49,709 nt of DNA from NCBI GenBank assembly GCA_001938485.1, contig MQRK01239110.1, positions 35,460-85,168 on the forward strand, written 5' to 3'. Positions within the stretch are counted from its first letter, which is position 1; each line of letters starts with the position of its first letter. The notes below the pieces were generated by a model. That model worked only from the letters and a program-made list of their open reading frames with translations, searched no databases and had not been told where the DNA came from. Below, piece by piece: positions 25,457 to 38,900 of this stretch. The translations under genes and the position numbers were made by a program. The stretch comes from Girardia tigrina. Lineage: Eukaryota.

Positions 25457-28400
25457 TGTAATAATGGCGTTAATCATTTTCAAATGACTTTTGTGAACTA
25501 CGTTTATTAGTTTAATCGTGTATTTCTATTTCAAATAGAGAAAAAAAATCGTTTTTAATGAAAAAGTAGTTTAATCATTTAAAAAGCAGCAGTAGTGTAA
25601 AATAATTTTTTTTAAATCTTTTTGAACAGTTGCTGCAGTAATATATTACATAATTTTATTTTTATGAGGTCGTTGTTGATCATGAGTTTTGATCATAAAG
25701 TTTTATCGAAAATCATTATGTCATATGTGGTTGAGAAATAAAGATTTTCTTACAACAAAATTATGACATGAAAGGACAGGACAATAAAAGTTATATTACT
25801 ATGTCAAATTATTTATGGTAAAACAAGGAAGTCTTATGGGTGATGGGAAATATTAATAAAAATATAAATTATTCAATTTTCTACATTCCGAATTTTTATT
25901 AAATACTAAAATGAAAAGGAACAGTATATATATATATATATATATATATATACTTTTAATAATCAAAATAACTGAAAAAATTGTCATGAAAGTTTTACAA
26001 GGCTTCTCTGGGTTAAGGCTTTCGAAAATTACTGGCCCCATGGTTATAGCAGTTCAAATATGGTGACGCTTATTTTCAGCAGTTTATGATAATCTAAAAT
26101 ATATGTATGCCATTCAATATTATTTTTATATTGTTAATCTTTTTGTTCAATATTCAAGATTATTAGAATAATAGATCAAGTTTTTTAAATTCTTAAAATC
26201 TCTTAACTCTTTGAGGACCAAGAAACTAAAAAAGTAATAATAGAGTTGAACGAATTTAATAGGGAAAACAGAATTTAGTTTCAGAGGGTAAAACTATACT
26301 ATTTTATTTTAATAAGCTTTTATAAGGAAGACAATAATATTTTATAAAATAATCTAATAAAATAACAATTTACAATTGTAGAAAAAGAAATTATTATAAT
26401 GAGAATTATTTCAAAATCCAAATAATTTTTTGACGTTCAAAATTTTTGAAATTTAAGATTTTTTTCAATAATAAATTTGTTTGATTAATTTTTTTCAACA
26501 TATTTATACTGTTATAATATGTTTACATTTCTGTCGTCAAATATTAAGGTCTTTTTCATCAAAGTAATTTCTTTTTATAATTTAATTAGGATTTATGAAA
26601 TCAACGCCGACAAAAATATCATCCCTTTCTCCTCAAGGGACAACCGTTTTGTTTTTACCATTGTAATCTACCGCTTCATTTCTAAGAACTCTTTTATCTC
26701 CAGTTCCTTTTTGATTAAAATCTTTCAATTTCTCATACATCTTATCAATCTCATTATCGGTTCTATGAAAATCAGTCAATTTTGTTTCTTCTTTTTCCAA
26801 TCAACATTTTTCTCTAAAAAGACATAAAGAGAGATAAATTTCAAAAAATAAATAAAACATACTTTTTTGCAGTCTTCTTCTCTTCCTATACATACGATGA
26901 ATATTTTCTTCGTTATATCAACTCGTGTTGGCAATAAAACCAGTTTTTAATGCATTCTATGATTCATAATTGTCTGAGTTTTCTTAGGATTAATCAAACG
27001 ATTCTCTTTTGCAATTTTCTAAAATATATAAAACGATAATATCGAATAATTATGATATTTTCCTTGTGACAAAATTTATGCTTTGGTAATATTATATATT
27101 TGCCACAGTTTTCTTTCTTTATTTAAGAAATAATAAGGAAAACAAATTCTTTTCATATTTTCAATTTACGAGATTTACAAAAAGTACTTTATAAAAGAAC
27201 AAGAAAATGGTTATTAAGTTTTTGTAATTTTCTTGGAAATTTTCCATATTAGTAAATATGTACTTAAATTTTAGAATATATTCTTATTTCAAAGAGTTTA
27301 TAAAATTGAAACACAAAAAGTTTTAATATTAAAAAAAGTGTAAAAGTGAGTTGACAGATTAGATTTACATATAGAAATCTGTAAACCCATTTTTCACAAT
27401 AAAATTGACAATTAGAGTACTAGTTTTAAGAGAAGGGATTGAACTAAATAAATTTATAGTATAAATCGTTTTCTAAACAATAAAAAATTAAAATATAAAG
27501 TTTAGAATTATATATATTATAGTTATATTAGTCATAACAAACTGAAAACAGAAAGAATAAAAAACAGTTAACAGATCCCGATAAAATGAAAAGCCTTTTA
27601 GGAGATCGAAACTAAATAAATGAGTTACTTTATACGCGAATGTGAGAACAAATGTAAAATCTTGATAATTGGATTGCAGTGGATGGGCAGGTAATATGTT
27701 GGATCAAAAATCAAATATTTTGGTATTAGCACAAAAAGTTCTTGTTTCGCAATTAGTCAAAGATATACAGAATGATTTGCAGAACTTGATACCAATTATT
27801 TCGGTATTAGATTGTTAATATATTATTTCACGTCTGAAAATAAATATTCGAAACGAACTGTTGTACTCGGTACCCATTATTTCAGTAATATAGTATTGAG
27901 GAATCCTCTCAGCGTTAAAAACACTAATAACACGAATTTGTAATTTTATTTGAAATAAATTACTAACATGACTTTTTATCCAATTTTATAGGAGACATAA
28001 ATTTTATGTTTATAATCATAATTAATTCCCTTCTTTTTATAGATTTGCTTTCTTGCCATCTTGCCCCATATCCAGCCTCATTTTGCAATTTTAACCCACT
28101 TCCTGTGATGTTGCCGAGCTGAAATTTTCAGGATAGTTGTACTTTGCTATAACACATCGATTGAACGATCTTTCGAAATCCGCTGTCACCACTCAATCAA
28201 ACAAAAATTAACAAAACAAATCATATCACAATTTTTATCTCACCAATCGATAAAAATCGATAAATAAAAAAATCGTTTAATTGAATGAATCCGTCATTAA
28301 TCAATGAATCAGGTACTCAATAGAAAGAAGGGTTTTATAATTTTTTAATGTGTTATTTTTCATTTTTCAATTTAAATAAAAATTATCCATGACTATACCG

Positions 28401-29259
28401 AAAATTGATATAGTCATAGACAATTCAAAATTTATAATTTACTTAAATTATAATTATTATATGTAAAATTTATAAAAATTAAGAATACGCTTTTTTACTC
28501 TAAATCTACCCTTCTGGAGGCGATCACTTAGCGTATGACTACCCTATATGATCTGGAATGGAAATGGGAAAGCATAGCATAAATATCAAATAATAATTTT
28601 ATAATAATTATATTAAAATAACAATGTAATTTTAATATATATATAATTTAATGAGGTGATTATGCAAATAAAATTTTCTTCAAATAATTAATTTTTATTT
28701 AAAAGATTATTCTAGATTTATCTTCCTTAAGATAAGTTAAATAACAAAATAATTTGTACAGCATATGAAATTATGATCCACTACAAAAATTCTGTTATCA
28801 ACAAAGTCCATGATATCTGGATGGTTAGCGAACCTTGTGATAGTCTATTGTTTATTATACGTGGTGACACAATTTAACTATGATTGTATCTTTATATTCT
28901 TATTTATATAAAATTGTACAAGTAAATATACCTATTTACATGAAAGAAAAAAATGATGGAAAATAAAATAAAATAAATTTAAACTGATCATGAAACTAAG
29001 TGAAAAAAGAGCAAAATAACAATTTGAAGTCAAATTAAAGTTTAAATAACGAAATAAATTTTTAATTTTAATCTGAAGATCACCTTAAAATTTAAAAATT
29101 TATGACCGATCTAAATTAACTACACCAATACCAAGGTTTGCGTTGGTAATACGTTCCAGAAATACGCGTCACAAACTGAATCGATGTAATTCGGTATTAA
29201 AAATTGCATGAGATTGTTCTAAAATCAGGGAGATACGTTCCTAATAAAAAAAAAACTAC

Positions 29260-29623
29260 CAGAGCCGTAGTGAGGGCGGTGCGAGCGGTGCAACCGCACC
29301 GGGCGCATGAGCGCCAAAATCTGAAGGGGTGCCAAAATCACAAAATGACCAATTTTGACTGATCAGATCTCTGTAGGCTAATCACTTTATAATAATAATC
29401 ATAGTAGTCTTTTTTGTTTAATGGCAAAGCATCCATGAATTTATCCGAATAAATTGATGTTTTCTTATAGCTAGGCGATGCAAGTTTTAAGCATCAATGC
29501 TGCGTCATAGAGCATGTGAATACAAACGTCTAAAGTCAATTTAATTCTTTTAAGGCATAATTTGTAGTAGTGAATCTTTTTCGCGCTGGGGGCGCCAGAT
29601 TTGAACTTCGCACTACGACTCTG
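29260..29623. mobile_element. hAT-type MITE (364 bp)
   Basis: TIR CAGAGCCGTAGTG / CAGAGTCGTAGTG (12/13); perfect 8-bp TSD AAAACTAC at 29252-29259 and 29624-29631; GC-rich GGCGC subterminal motifs. Confidence 0.9.
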
Positions 29624-29863
29624 AAAACTACAATATTTTTTCTTGATTAAACAAAAGTTTATGCTTTTTAATTCTATGTCTATACTAGAAAAACATGTTA
29701 ATAGCAAAATAAAAATATTGTAGTTTACTTTATTTGTTAAATAAATATAAAATTAACAAAAAATAACATAATTTAAAAAATATCTACGTAAATAATTTCT
29801 TATTTAGAATTTTCACTGGTTCTTTTTCAGTAATTTCTGCATGTACATTGGTTGATGGCTTAA

Positions 29864-30105
29864 CTCTTTAGGTCCTAGCGGTTCATATATGCACCACAAA
29901 AATTAAAAATATCTAATAGTCAAGTTTGTTGCGTTAAACTGATGGAAATGTACCAGCCCGTAATTTTGTCTATTCTGTTTGCAAGTCTATAATTGCGGAC
30001 CGCCAGCTGTTCGTAAAGTTGATAACTTTTCATGCATTATATGAACATCAAAAATGCAAAAAAAATAACAAAATTATAGAATATTTGTATTCAGTACCGA
30101 AAGTG
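29864..30105. mobile_element. Degenerate piggyBac-type MITE
   Basis: TTAA on both sides (29860-29863, 30106-30109); ends CTCTTTAGGTCC / CACTTTCGGTAC (9/12); imperfect subterminal palindrome GCGGTTCATATATGCACCAC. Confidence 0.4.
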
Positions 30106-33100
30106 TTAAAATTATGGTGCAACGTTTGCTGGACTGATTTTCTTAATATTTTCATATTTGCCTTTAGCTTTATGCAATGCAAATTAAATCTACACAAATA
30201 AAGGTACATAAATTATATAAATATATTTATATTATATAGAAAATTATAACTAATTTATTTTTATTCAAATATATTCATTATTCGGTTTACATTTTGGATT
30301 TTTGAATTGAATTACTGCTAGTTATAGAGCTGTATTGGCCATCCACCAAGAAAATATATAACCACAGATACTATTTCAAACTCTGAAGAAAATCTAAAGA
30401 AGGTAAAGGACGATACCTTTACCATCCTGAAGTTACTTGTCAGTCTTGTACTCCTGATATATCAAATCAATTTAACGTTTCCGAAAGAACATAATGTATC
30501 CGAAAATTCACCTAAAAATTCAATTTTGAGTAGTTTTATTGTGAAATATTACAAAATTAAAATTGATAATTAAAATAATATTGCATAATCACTTAATCAG
30601 GTTTTCTAGATTTGTTATTATGTAATTCTGACCGGGTCAAGAATACGGTCAACCTTTTTTATTGTATTTTCCCTTTAAATTAAATTTTTATCAATTACTA
30701 ATAAATCTTTGCTCTTCGTGTAACCATGAAAATAGTTTACTTCCAAGAAAATGAACTATCATAAGTGAACGAAGCTTTTTTCAATCAACAATTTAAAAGA
30801 TAAGATTCAATTTAAAATGGAAATATTAAATCTGGGTTTTTAAATTATATGAACGTATTTTTTTGCAGTTTTTTCACATATAATTTCGTGTTCAATTATT
30901 TTTTTACCGTTCATGGCTTTTGTTAATAATAAAATTTAGGAGTAAGGGAAGCCAATGTAAATGCTTACAAATAGAGATCCCCCACACTCAGGGACACAAA
31001 AAATTGTACACTTTCATCAAGCCAAAAATATTAACTCAACCTTTTTAAATTTTTATAAATTTCCTAGAGAGACTAAAAGAAATTAACATATTGCGTAATT
31101 ATTAATTTGGATATTTTAAGACATCTATTATGTAATTATTACCGTCCGAGAACAATGTTAACCTTTTAACCTCTTTTCTATATTTTCATACATATAAAGT
31201 GTATGCAATTAGCAGTTTATGAAATAAAACTTAGTAACGAATTGCATTGTTCCAGCATTCCTCTGTGAGTCTTCCTTATTAAGAGACTGAATCTATGGAA
31301 TACAATCTAATTTTCGAATTATTTTCTAGATCAAGGGAAAGTGTCAAAGGTCAGTATTTTATTAAGTATTTAATGAAATTCTTACGAAAGCTGTATTTTA
31401 AATTATCAGAAAATCTAATTGTAAATATCAAGCATTATTTTTCGATGTTAGGAACCATAAATAATTAGCATCATAAATAGAGTACACAATAGTAACCTTA
31501 AGGATTTTATTGACTTCTTCAGTGACTGATGGATATCCTCATCAGTAACCTGCGTATTTAAAAACGCCTAAGACAAATACATTCGCATAAACTTAAATAA
31601 TGTTGAACGTAATGTCTAATAGGAAAATATTTGATTCTGTGTAATATAAATATACTGATGTTCTATTCCGATGAAGTAAATGTCCGATAACCATAAAAAA
31701 CTTGCCACTGCATCAAGTACTTTACTAGTAAAAACATGCTTTTTAGGAAGTTAATTGATCATACAATTAATGCATGATATATTCCTTCTGATTGGTTGAT
31801 AGTTCTGTTCCATCTTTAGTTCTATTTGGGGCGAAGAAACAAGGATCATCTGTGATATCGACTAGAGAGATAACTTCTCACCAGGGCAACAACTGAGATT
31901 GATGAACCTTTGTGCAGATGCTGCGCTAGTTGAAGAATGTCTTGTAGAAACAGGAATACTGTGCATAATTGAAATTGTATCTCAAGACAGAAGCAATCTT
32001 ACATTATTTATCAGAAGAAGATAGTTAGACATTTCCGTCAATTACTTTCATGTAATTATTCACTCAATTTATAGAGAAGTTTGGAAGGTGAAATGATTTA
32101 TATCACAATGTGTCGATTTCAAATAATATTTATGACACAAGAAAGACAGTAGTAGAAAAACATGGATGAGAAATTAAATTATTGTTGGAAATTTGATATT
32201 TTCTCATCAACGAAGACTCGATATCTGACATACTATTTTTATCCCTTCTCTTACATATAATTATTTAATTATAAATATTATTAGAATTTAAAAATTAAAA
32301 AAATAAAGATAATTGATTGCTACGCGGAAAGGTAGCAGAAAATATAAATTACAAATTAAATTTTATAATTGATGCATATCTAATCCATACCAGTTCAATT
32401 AACTATGGTCAAACGTTACCTGTTTTATAATTATCTGACGAAATATTAGCAAAATATTATCATATTGTTTTACTGTTATCAGCAGAAATATCAACGAAAT
32501 TTTACCAACGCATTCACAGTTGTGTTATAATATGACTACATGTTACCAACACAATGTAATATCAACCAATTATTTTAAGTCTTGGTCCTCACTGATCGGA
32601 TAGAGATTTCCCAAGTTATTTTGAACATTTATTATTGTTTTGTATAATATTAACTAATTATTATCCGATTTACATTACTTGATTTGACATCTAGATAAAT
32701 CCTATCAAATTGATTCACTATCACACCAATATTCCTTTCATTTAAATACATGTAACTATACTATTTTATCATTTTGTTGTATCTTTAATTCGTCATATAC
32801 TTTAATCCAGTATTGAATTTCCTCTCCTGATAAACGTATCTCTATCCTTATTAATAGATTTCTTCTAACATTATAGTAACATAACATTGAAATTACGGGT
32901 ATATTTTTTTTCTATTAACAAATTCATTTTTTTGTTATCTTAAATCTATAATAACATAGTAGTGAATATTATTGGCCGCTATCTATCACGAACAAGAATA
33001 TTACTACAGTTTTTATTAGTTTAGAAATGAGTTTTTTATTATCAACGTTCAAATGCTTCCCATCATCGACAATATCTTATGAGTTAATTGCTTGTATTAT

Positions 33101-33271
33101 TATGAGTTAATTAACATGTTTGGGTAGCATCTACCTTATGCTTAAAAGAAACTTATTTTTTTTAGTCGAACTATTGACAAGGGGCCTAAACATACAAATA
33201 AATTTAAATATTCCTTGAATTCCTTAAACATTGTTCTTGTAGTACTGGAAGTCATTATTATATATTTATTA

Positions 33272-34286
33272 GGTAAATGGACAGTACGGTCCCAAATCGG
33301 CATGGTGGAACATTACGATCCCCATTATCATTAATTAGCATTACACATATTCCTGAAGGTGTACGTGCATTGAGATGAGTTATCAGACCTGAAGCTGAAG
33401 AATTGTTGGACTCTTTCGATGCAACATATGTAACTGGCCAGTATAGGAACGTCATGAGAAATGGAATACATACATTAAGAAGAATTCCCTCATTATTTCC
33501 ACCAAATATCTGGAATGTTCACGATGTTACTTTAGAGGATGGGGAAAAGACCAATAACCTCGTAGAATGAAATAACAACAAATTTAGAATACTGGTAGGT
33601 ATCGATCACCCTAACATATACCGTTTAATTATAGCTCTTCGAGAATTAGAATCAAATGCTAGGACATTACGTGCACAAACCTTAGCTGGAGCTGAAACTG
33701 CAAGAAAAAGGTCACTAATTGCAGCACGTGTGCAAGAACGTCTCCGAACACTTTGTGAACGTTATGCAGCAGGAGATGTAAATATAATAGATTTTTTACG
33801 CGGCGTCAGCTACAACTTATCTTCGATGAAGAATTAAGGTTCTCAGTATAATAAATTAATTTATACTTGTATTGTAAATATACTGTATATTTACTTTTAT
33901 AATTTGCTTCTTTTTTTAAAAAAATATTTATTTTGACAATTTTAGGACATGAATTTATTTTGTATATATATTTATTGTAATGTAAGTTTTTATTTCTTTA
34001 ATTATTGTTTCTTCTTTTCAGAATATCGACAAGACCCTAAACCAGGTCATCTTTTCTCTAATTATTGAAATAATTATAAATTAAACTGATTATTTTTTTA
34101 ATTAAGGAACAGAGTCCTGGGAAAAACAGCAAATAAAATTACTATATTCATAACGTTTTATTATATATTTCATGTCTGATTACATTACAGTGTAAAAATA
34201 TATGGGGGACCGTAATGTCCCACCATGCCGATTTGGGACCGTACTGTCCGGGGCCGTAATGTCCGGGACCGTACTGTCCTAGATTC
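33272..34286 (+). mobile_element. Internally deleted Mutator-like element (MULE)
   Basis: 9-bp TSD TATTTATTA (33263-33271, 34287-34295); 44-bp inverted subterminal block (42/44) built from 15-bp GGGACCGTA(A/C)TGTCC units. 33340-33837 encodes a MULE C-terminus (FPPNIWNV...TNNLVE*NNNKF...VG..HPNIY.LI..L) with two TGA stops. Confidence 0.9.
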
Positions 34287-35190
34287 TATTTATTATTTAT
34301 TTATTTTGTTCATCGGTTTCATAATTTATCGTTATTCATTAATGTTTTGAAAAAATCAACTTCTTTAGATTTAATATCAAAATTTAAATATTAACTTATT
34401 TCGGGACCTTCATTAATTATCGGCCCGTTGTCTTAAAATTAAGATTTTTAATATTTACTAAAATTTAGTTTGAAAATTTCCCCGAAATTTATAAAAAAGT
34501 CAATATTTACGAAAGAAAATATAAAAAAATCTTTTAATTAATTTCAAAAATTATATTTTCTAAATTTAAAAGACAATTCTCCTGTTATCCAGTTATTAGA
34601 CAAAGTATAGTGTCTTAGTTAGCAAGATCTTAGAATTAGATTACTGAAGATTCTCAAAGGTGAACCTTGTAAAAGGAGTTTTACTTAAAGAGCCTCATTT
34701 ACGATTTTGTGTATTTTTAAAATGAAATGCGGCAATTAATTAGGAAAGCAAGTTTGTGGAATTTTTTTTGAGCTAAATAAAAAAAACAAATAAAATCAGT
34801 TAAATAAAGATTTATACTGCAGCAAGTATTATACATTAAAATGTGACCCCAAGTGCTGATATTGTAACTTTGTAAATATAAAAGGTATTCAAGCATCTCA
34901 CATAATTTCTCCAATTCTTCAAATAACAATTCCTTGTACTCAAAAAACAGGTGCAAAATTGGTATCAAATATAAAAAAATATAGTCAGATAGTTGCACAT
35001 TTAACTTTTTACTCTTATTCAAAAATTTTAAAAATAAATAAGTTTAGAAATGAAAAAAAATATAATTCGGGGTTTGTCTGAAATAAAGGCATACAAGTGT
35101 AAATTAAGAATTAAAGGGAAAAAAACGTTGAAGAACTCCGAAAAATAATTATAATACTTACTCATATTATGAAGGTATTAAAACATTTAA

Positions 35191-35261
35191 CCCTTTGAAC
35201 GCGTAAATCGACTATAGTCGCCCGGATTTAATGTTTAATAATGTTTAACGCGTTCAAAGGG
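35191..35261. mobile_element. 71-bp piggyBac-type micro-MITE
   Basis: TTAA|CCCTTTGAACGCGT...ACGCGTTCAAAGGG|TTAA, a perfect 14-bp TIR; internal palindrome CGACTATAGTCG. Confidence 0.85.
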
Positions 35262-35799
35262 TTAAGAAAATTATTTGCAAGGAAATATGTAGAAGACTTT
35301 TACTTTATTGTTTGAGTCAGAAATGTTCAGAAGATTGCAAAAGTACAGTTTGAGCTAGGAATTGGAGCAAAGATTGTGATTAATTTTCTCTTATACTTGC
35401 TAATAAAAAGTCGATCATAAACTGGTTCAAAGTCGATTTTTGTCAGATTGTTCTCGTTGATCATCAGGACAACTTCTCTCTTTATTTGTCTCAATTGTAC
35501 TATCCCTGCGGAAAATTCTCCACTAATTGAATGTAGCTGTTTCTATTCCCCTACAATACCTCTTGGTTAGGATGTACTCTTCCGTTTTTATTATCTTCAG
35601 TGCTCGATTACTTGATAAAATTATAGCCTTCCAGATAGGTCTAATATTCCAGGTTCCACTCTCATTTTTCTGAGTTTGTACCCAGTTTCGCCGGAACCTG
35701 TCAGAAGATTATTGACTACGAGTCCTGCAAGACTTCTTGTTTGGGTTTTGGTAGCTTTTGTAAATCCACAGACCAGATTTCTGGCAATTTAAGTTTCGT

Positions 35800-36990
35800 C
35801 TTCTTATTTTCATAGAGAATGTGACTCTAGTTCACAGGAAACACCACGAGGACGTAAGTAGACATTGTATCTCCTCTCCAATGTACAAGTTTTTTCACCC
35901 ATGACAATAAAATTTATGAATCAGATTCGCTCGTAATCATAAAATCAGTTTTGATCTATTTGAGAGAAAGCTTTGAACTTTGAAAGTCATTGAAACCACT
36001 TTGACACTACTTATAGTCTTACAGATACTCTTTTTAAATTCTTTAATAATTTCAGTATATGGTATTTTGATTATCTGTGTGTGTTATTTAATGTTTTCTT
36101 TCTTTAATTCTTTTTTAACCCGTGTTTATCCAATATAACCTTTATTTTTTTCATTTTTTTGTTTGTATACATGTAGGCTCTCAAGCGTCTTCTAAGAATA
36201 TTTAAACCATGATTTGCGATTAAAAACTTAGAAGACAAATTCCAAAATCTGTGAACTAACTCTATATATTTTTTTCTCACAAAAACTCTGTAGTGTTGTG
36301 TAGAGAAATGTATCACTTGTCTTTCTGTATAATTCAGTTATCTATTTTCCATTCATCCTAGTGACAAGAATGTCAAGAAAAGGAAGTCAGTTATTAACTT
36401 CCGATTCTGTAGTGAATTCAATATTAATATGAATACCATTCAAGATTCTTAAAAATGTTTCTATCAGATATTGGTTTCTAAAAACAAAAAGGATGTAATT
36501 TACATATCTCTTGTATAGCATAGGTTTTTCCTTATGGTATGTATCGATTTTATACCCAAGAGACGTCATACAAAATGATGCCAGAGTTGGTGCTGATGGG
36601 GAACCATTTGTGACTCCATCTTTTTTAATCTACCATTCATCACTCAAAAGAAATAGCACATTTTTAGTAGAAAATTTAAGAAATTCTTTCTCGTTATCTT
36701 TGATCATTGCCTCATTAGAATGGATTAAAGGAAGAATGCATTGAAGAACACAAACAAATAATCAAAATACTATATTATGAAGGATTTAAAGAATTTAAAG
36801 AATATTTTGGAGAAATATGAGCGACAATACTGGGAATCATTATTAATAAGACACTAAAAACCCATTAATATACATTGAAAATTCAAAAAAAAATCATTCT
36901 TTAAAACTAGCACTAAAACTTACAAAATATTAAATTAAAATTGCTGATGTTGGAATACGAAATTCCAAAACATGTTCAATAATCACGTTC
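35800..36990 (-). mobile_element. Degenerate Penelope-like retroelement (RT on minus, inverted EN tail/pLTR on plus)
   Basis: Minus strand: KDGVTNGSPSAPTLA, YKRYVNYI (YVDD relic), LNGIHINIEFTTESEVNN*LPFLDILVTR...TELYRK. Plus strand 36819-36869: ERQYWESLLIRH*KPI, the GIY-YIG C-terminal motif. Boundaries are approximate. Confidence 0.75.
36940..36980 (+). ncRNA. Decayed minimal type I hammerhead ribozyme (PLE-type)
   Basis: ATTG-CTGATG(t)-tGGAAT acgaa ATTCC-(a)AAA-CATG-TT-CAAT. Stem I, stem II and the palindromic stem III are present, with two core substitutions. Confidence 0.5.
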
Positions 36991-37015
36991 TTAAAAAGGT
37001 TTAAATAAAATTAAT

Positions 37016-37064
<49 letters not shown>

Positions 37065-38147
37065 CTTCTTTTTATATTTTGTCCGTTCATCTCTGGAAGA
37101 TCTTACTTTAAGTGATCATTCTAACAATTAAGGAAATTTATAATTTATACTAAAAATTAATATTAAAAATTATAATAAATTAAAAATCAATAAAAAATAA
37201 TTAAAATTATCAACTTACTATGGATGCAAAAGGAAATAAATTCATAATTATAGTTGAATAATTCAATGACGACAATTATCACTTGGTCCCGGGTCATTGT
37301 GAAAAGTTCTTATAACTGAACGGATACGAATATTTTTACCTAATCTTGAAGACTCGATATTGATAACTGAAACTGCATACCCGAGCGTTATCAAATATAA
37401 AAAAATTGAGAATACCTATTTCGTAAACGATTTGCAGTGATTTAATTTCAATTAAGCAATTATATTCATATCACTAACACCCAATTTGTGGTGACGCAAT
37501 TTCAGTTGATCAATTCTTTCCATTCATCCTAAGGCCACAAATTCTCTACATTATCCTCCGAAATTCCCAGTCCTTTACATTTGATTATCACCACTATTTT
37601 TCCGATTAAATCTTTCTGGACACTGTTTTCCACAATGAACTTCAACTCAATAATGGTTCGAACCGACATTATCTTAATTTTATTCCAAAGTTATTTGAGT
37701 CTGTAATCTAATGTCATCTAACTGTAAGTATAAATGTACATTGTTGTCTTTCTATGGAACTTTGTTTCTTATATATATATATATATACACACATATATAT
37801 ATATATATATATAATTTTTTTATAAAGTTTATTCAATAACATTTTATTGTTTACTGAAATTTCGTAAGCATTTGAAAAATGAAGAAGAAAATTTGTCTTT
37901 GAATCGTGATTTATAACTTTTTGACTTTATTATAATTAATAATTAATATTATGATGGATGATATATGAAGAATGATTAGGTAAATGTCAATAAAAGTGTT
38001 ATGCGTATTTCTTACATTCCTACTATATACTAATTTATATAAAAACTTATAATCATTTATAATTATTTTATTTACAATGACGATAGTTATTTTTGTCAGT
38101 CCCGTCTGACGAGTTTTTCTATAAAGAGCCATGTTAAGATGGGTGAC

Positions 38148-38197
<50 letters not shown>

Positions 38198-38461
38198 ATA
38201 ATATGTATTATTATAACTAATTTTACTTTCTGTTATTATTTGTTAACGGATATATGTATTTATCAGTATATCTATTTTGATACTACTAAAATTTGTCTTG
38301 ACAAATAAGGAATACGAATAATTATGACTGATGGTTAAAAAATTATTTCTATTCAAAATGATTCGAACAAATTTCTACATAAAAAAAGAACAAAAATAAA
38401 ACTATTCGATTACCGAACAACAATCATATTTATTTAGAAACTATTCTGTTTGGTTGCTGTA

Positions 38462-38499
38462 TAATTTCCACATCAAATTTCCACATCAAATTTCCACAT
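38462..38499. repeat. 13-bp tandem repeat (AAATTTCCACATC) x~3
   Basis: Direct reading. Confidence 0.9.
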
Positions 38500-38900
38500 T
38501 TATCACCTTACAATTTTTCTAATTGCCACAAAATATACTTGTAAAAAGATGCATACGATATGTTGATTTATTAACTCGTTTTAACAAAAGAAATATAAAT
38601 AAATATATAAATAAATTTCAATTTAGCAAACTATATTAAAAAATATTAAAGTAACTGAAAAATCACAAATGTTGTCTGCACAGTGAAACAGGAACAAAGT
38701 TTATTGTCAAATATTTGGGTCGTCAAATAACTGGTAGTAAGTGTTCAAATAATTCGAATTGCAATTGCAAATATTAGAATTATTAATCGAGCTTGAGAGA
38801 GATTCTTCGAGTAAAAAACGATGGTTGAGTTTTGTGGAATTATTATTATTGACAACTGCCGATGAAGACGAATGAGGATGGGAATTGATGAAGGGAAATC

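Noticed and set aside
34206-34279. Regular 15-bp repeats suggesting a CRISPR-like array
   Set aside because: Eukaryotic context, no unique spacers, and explained as MULE subterminal repeats.
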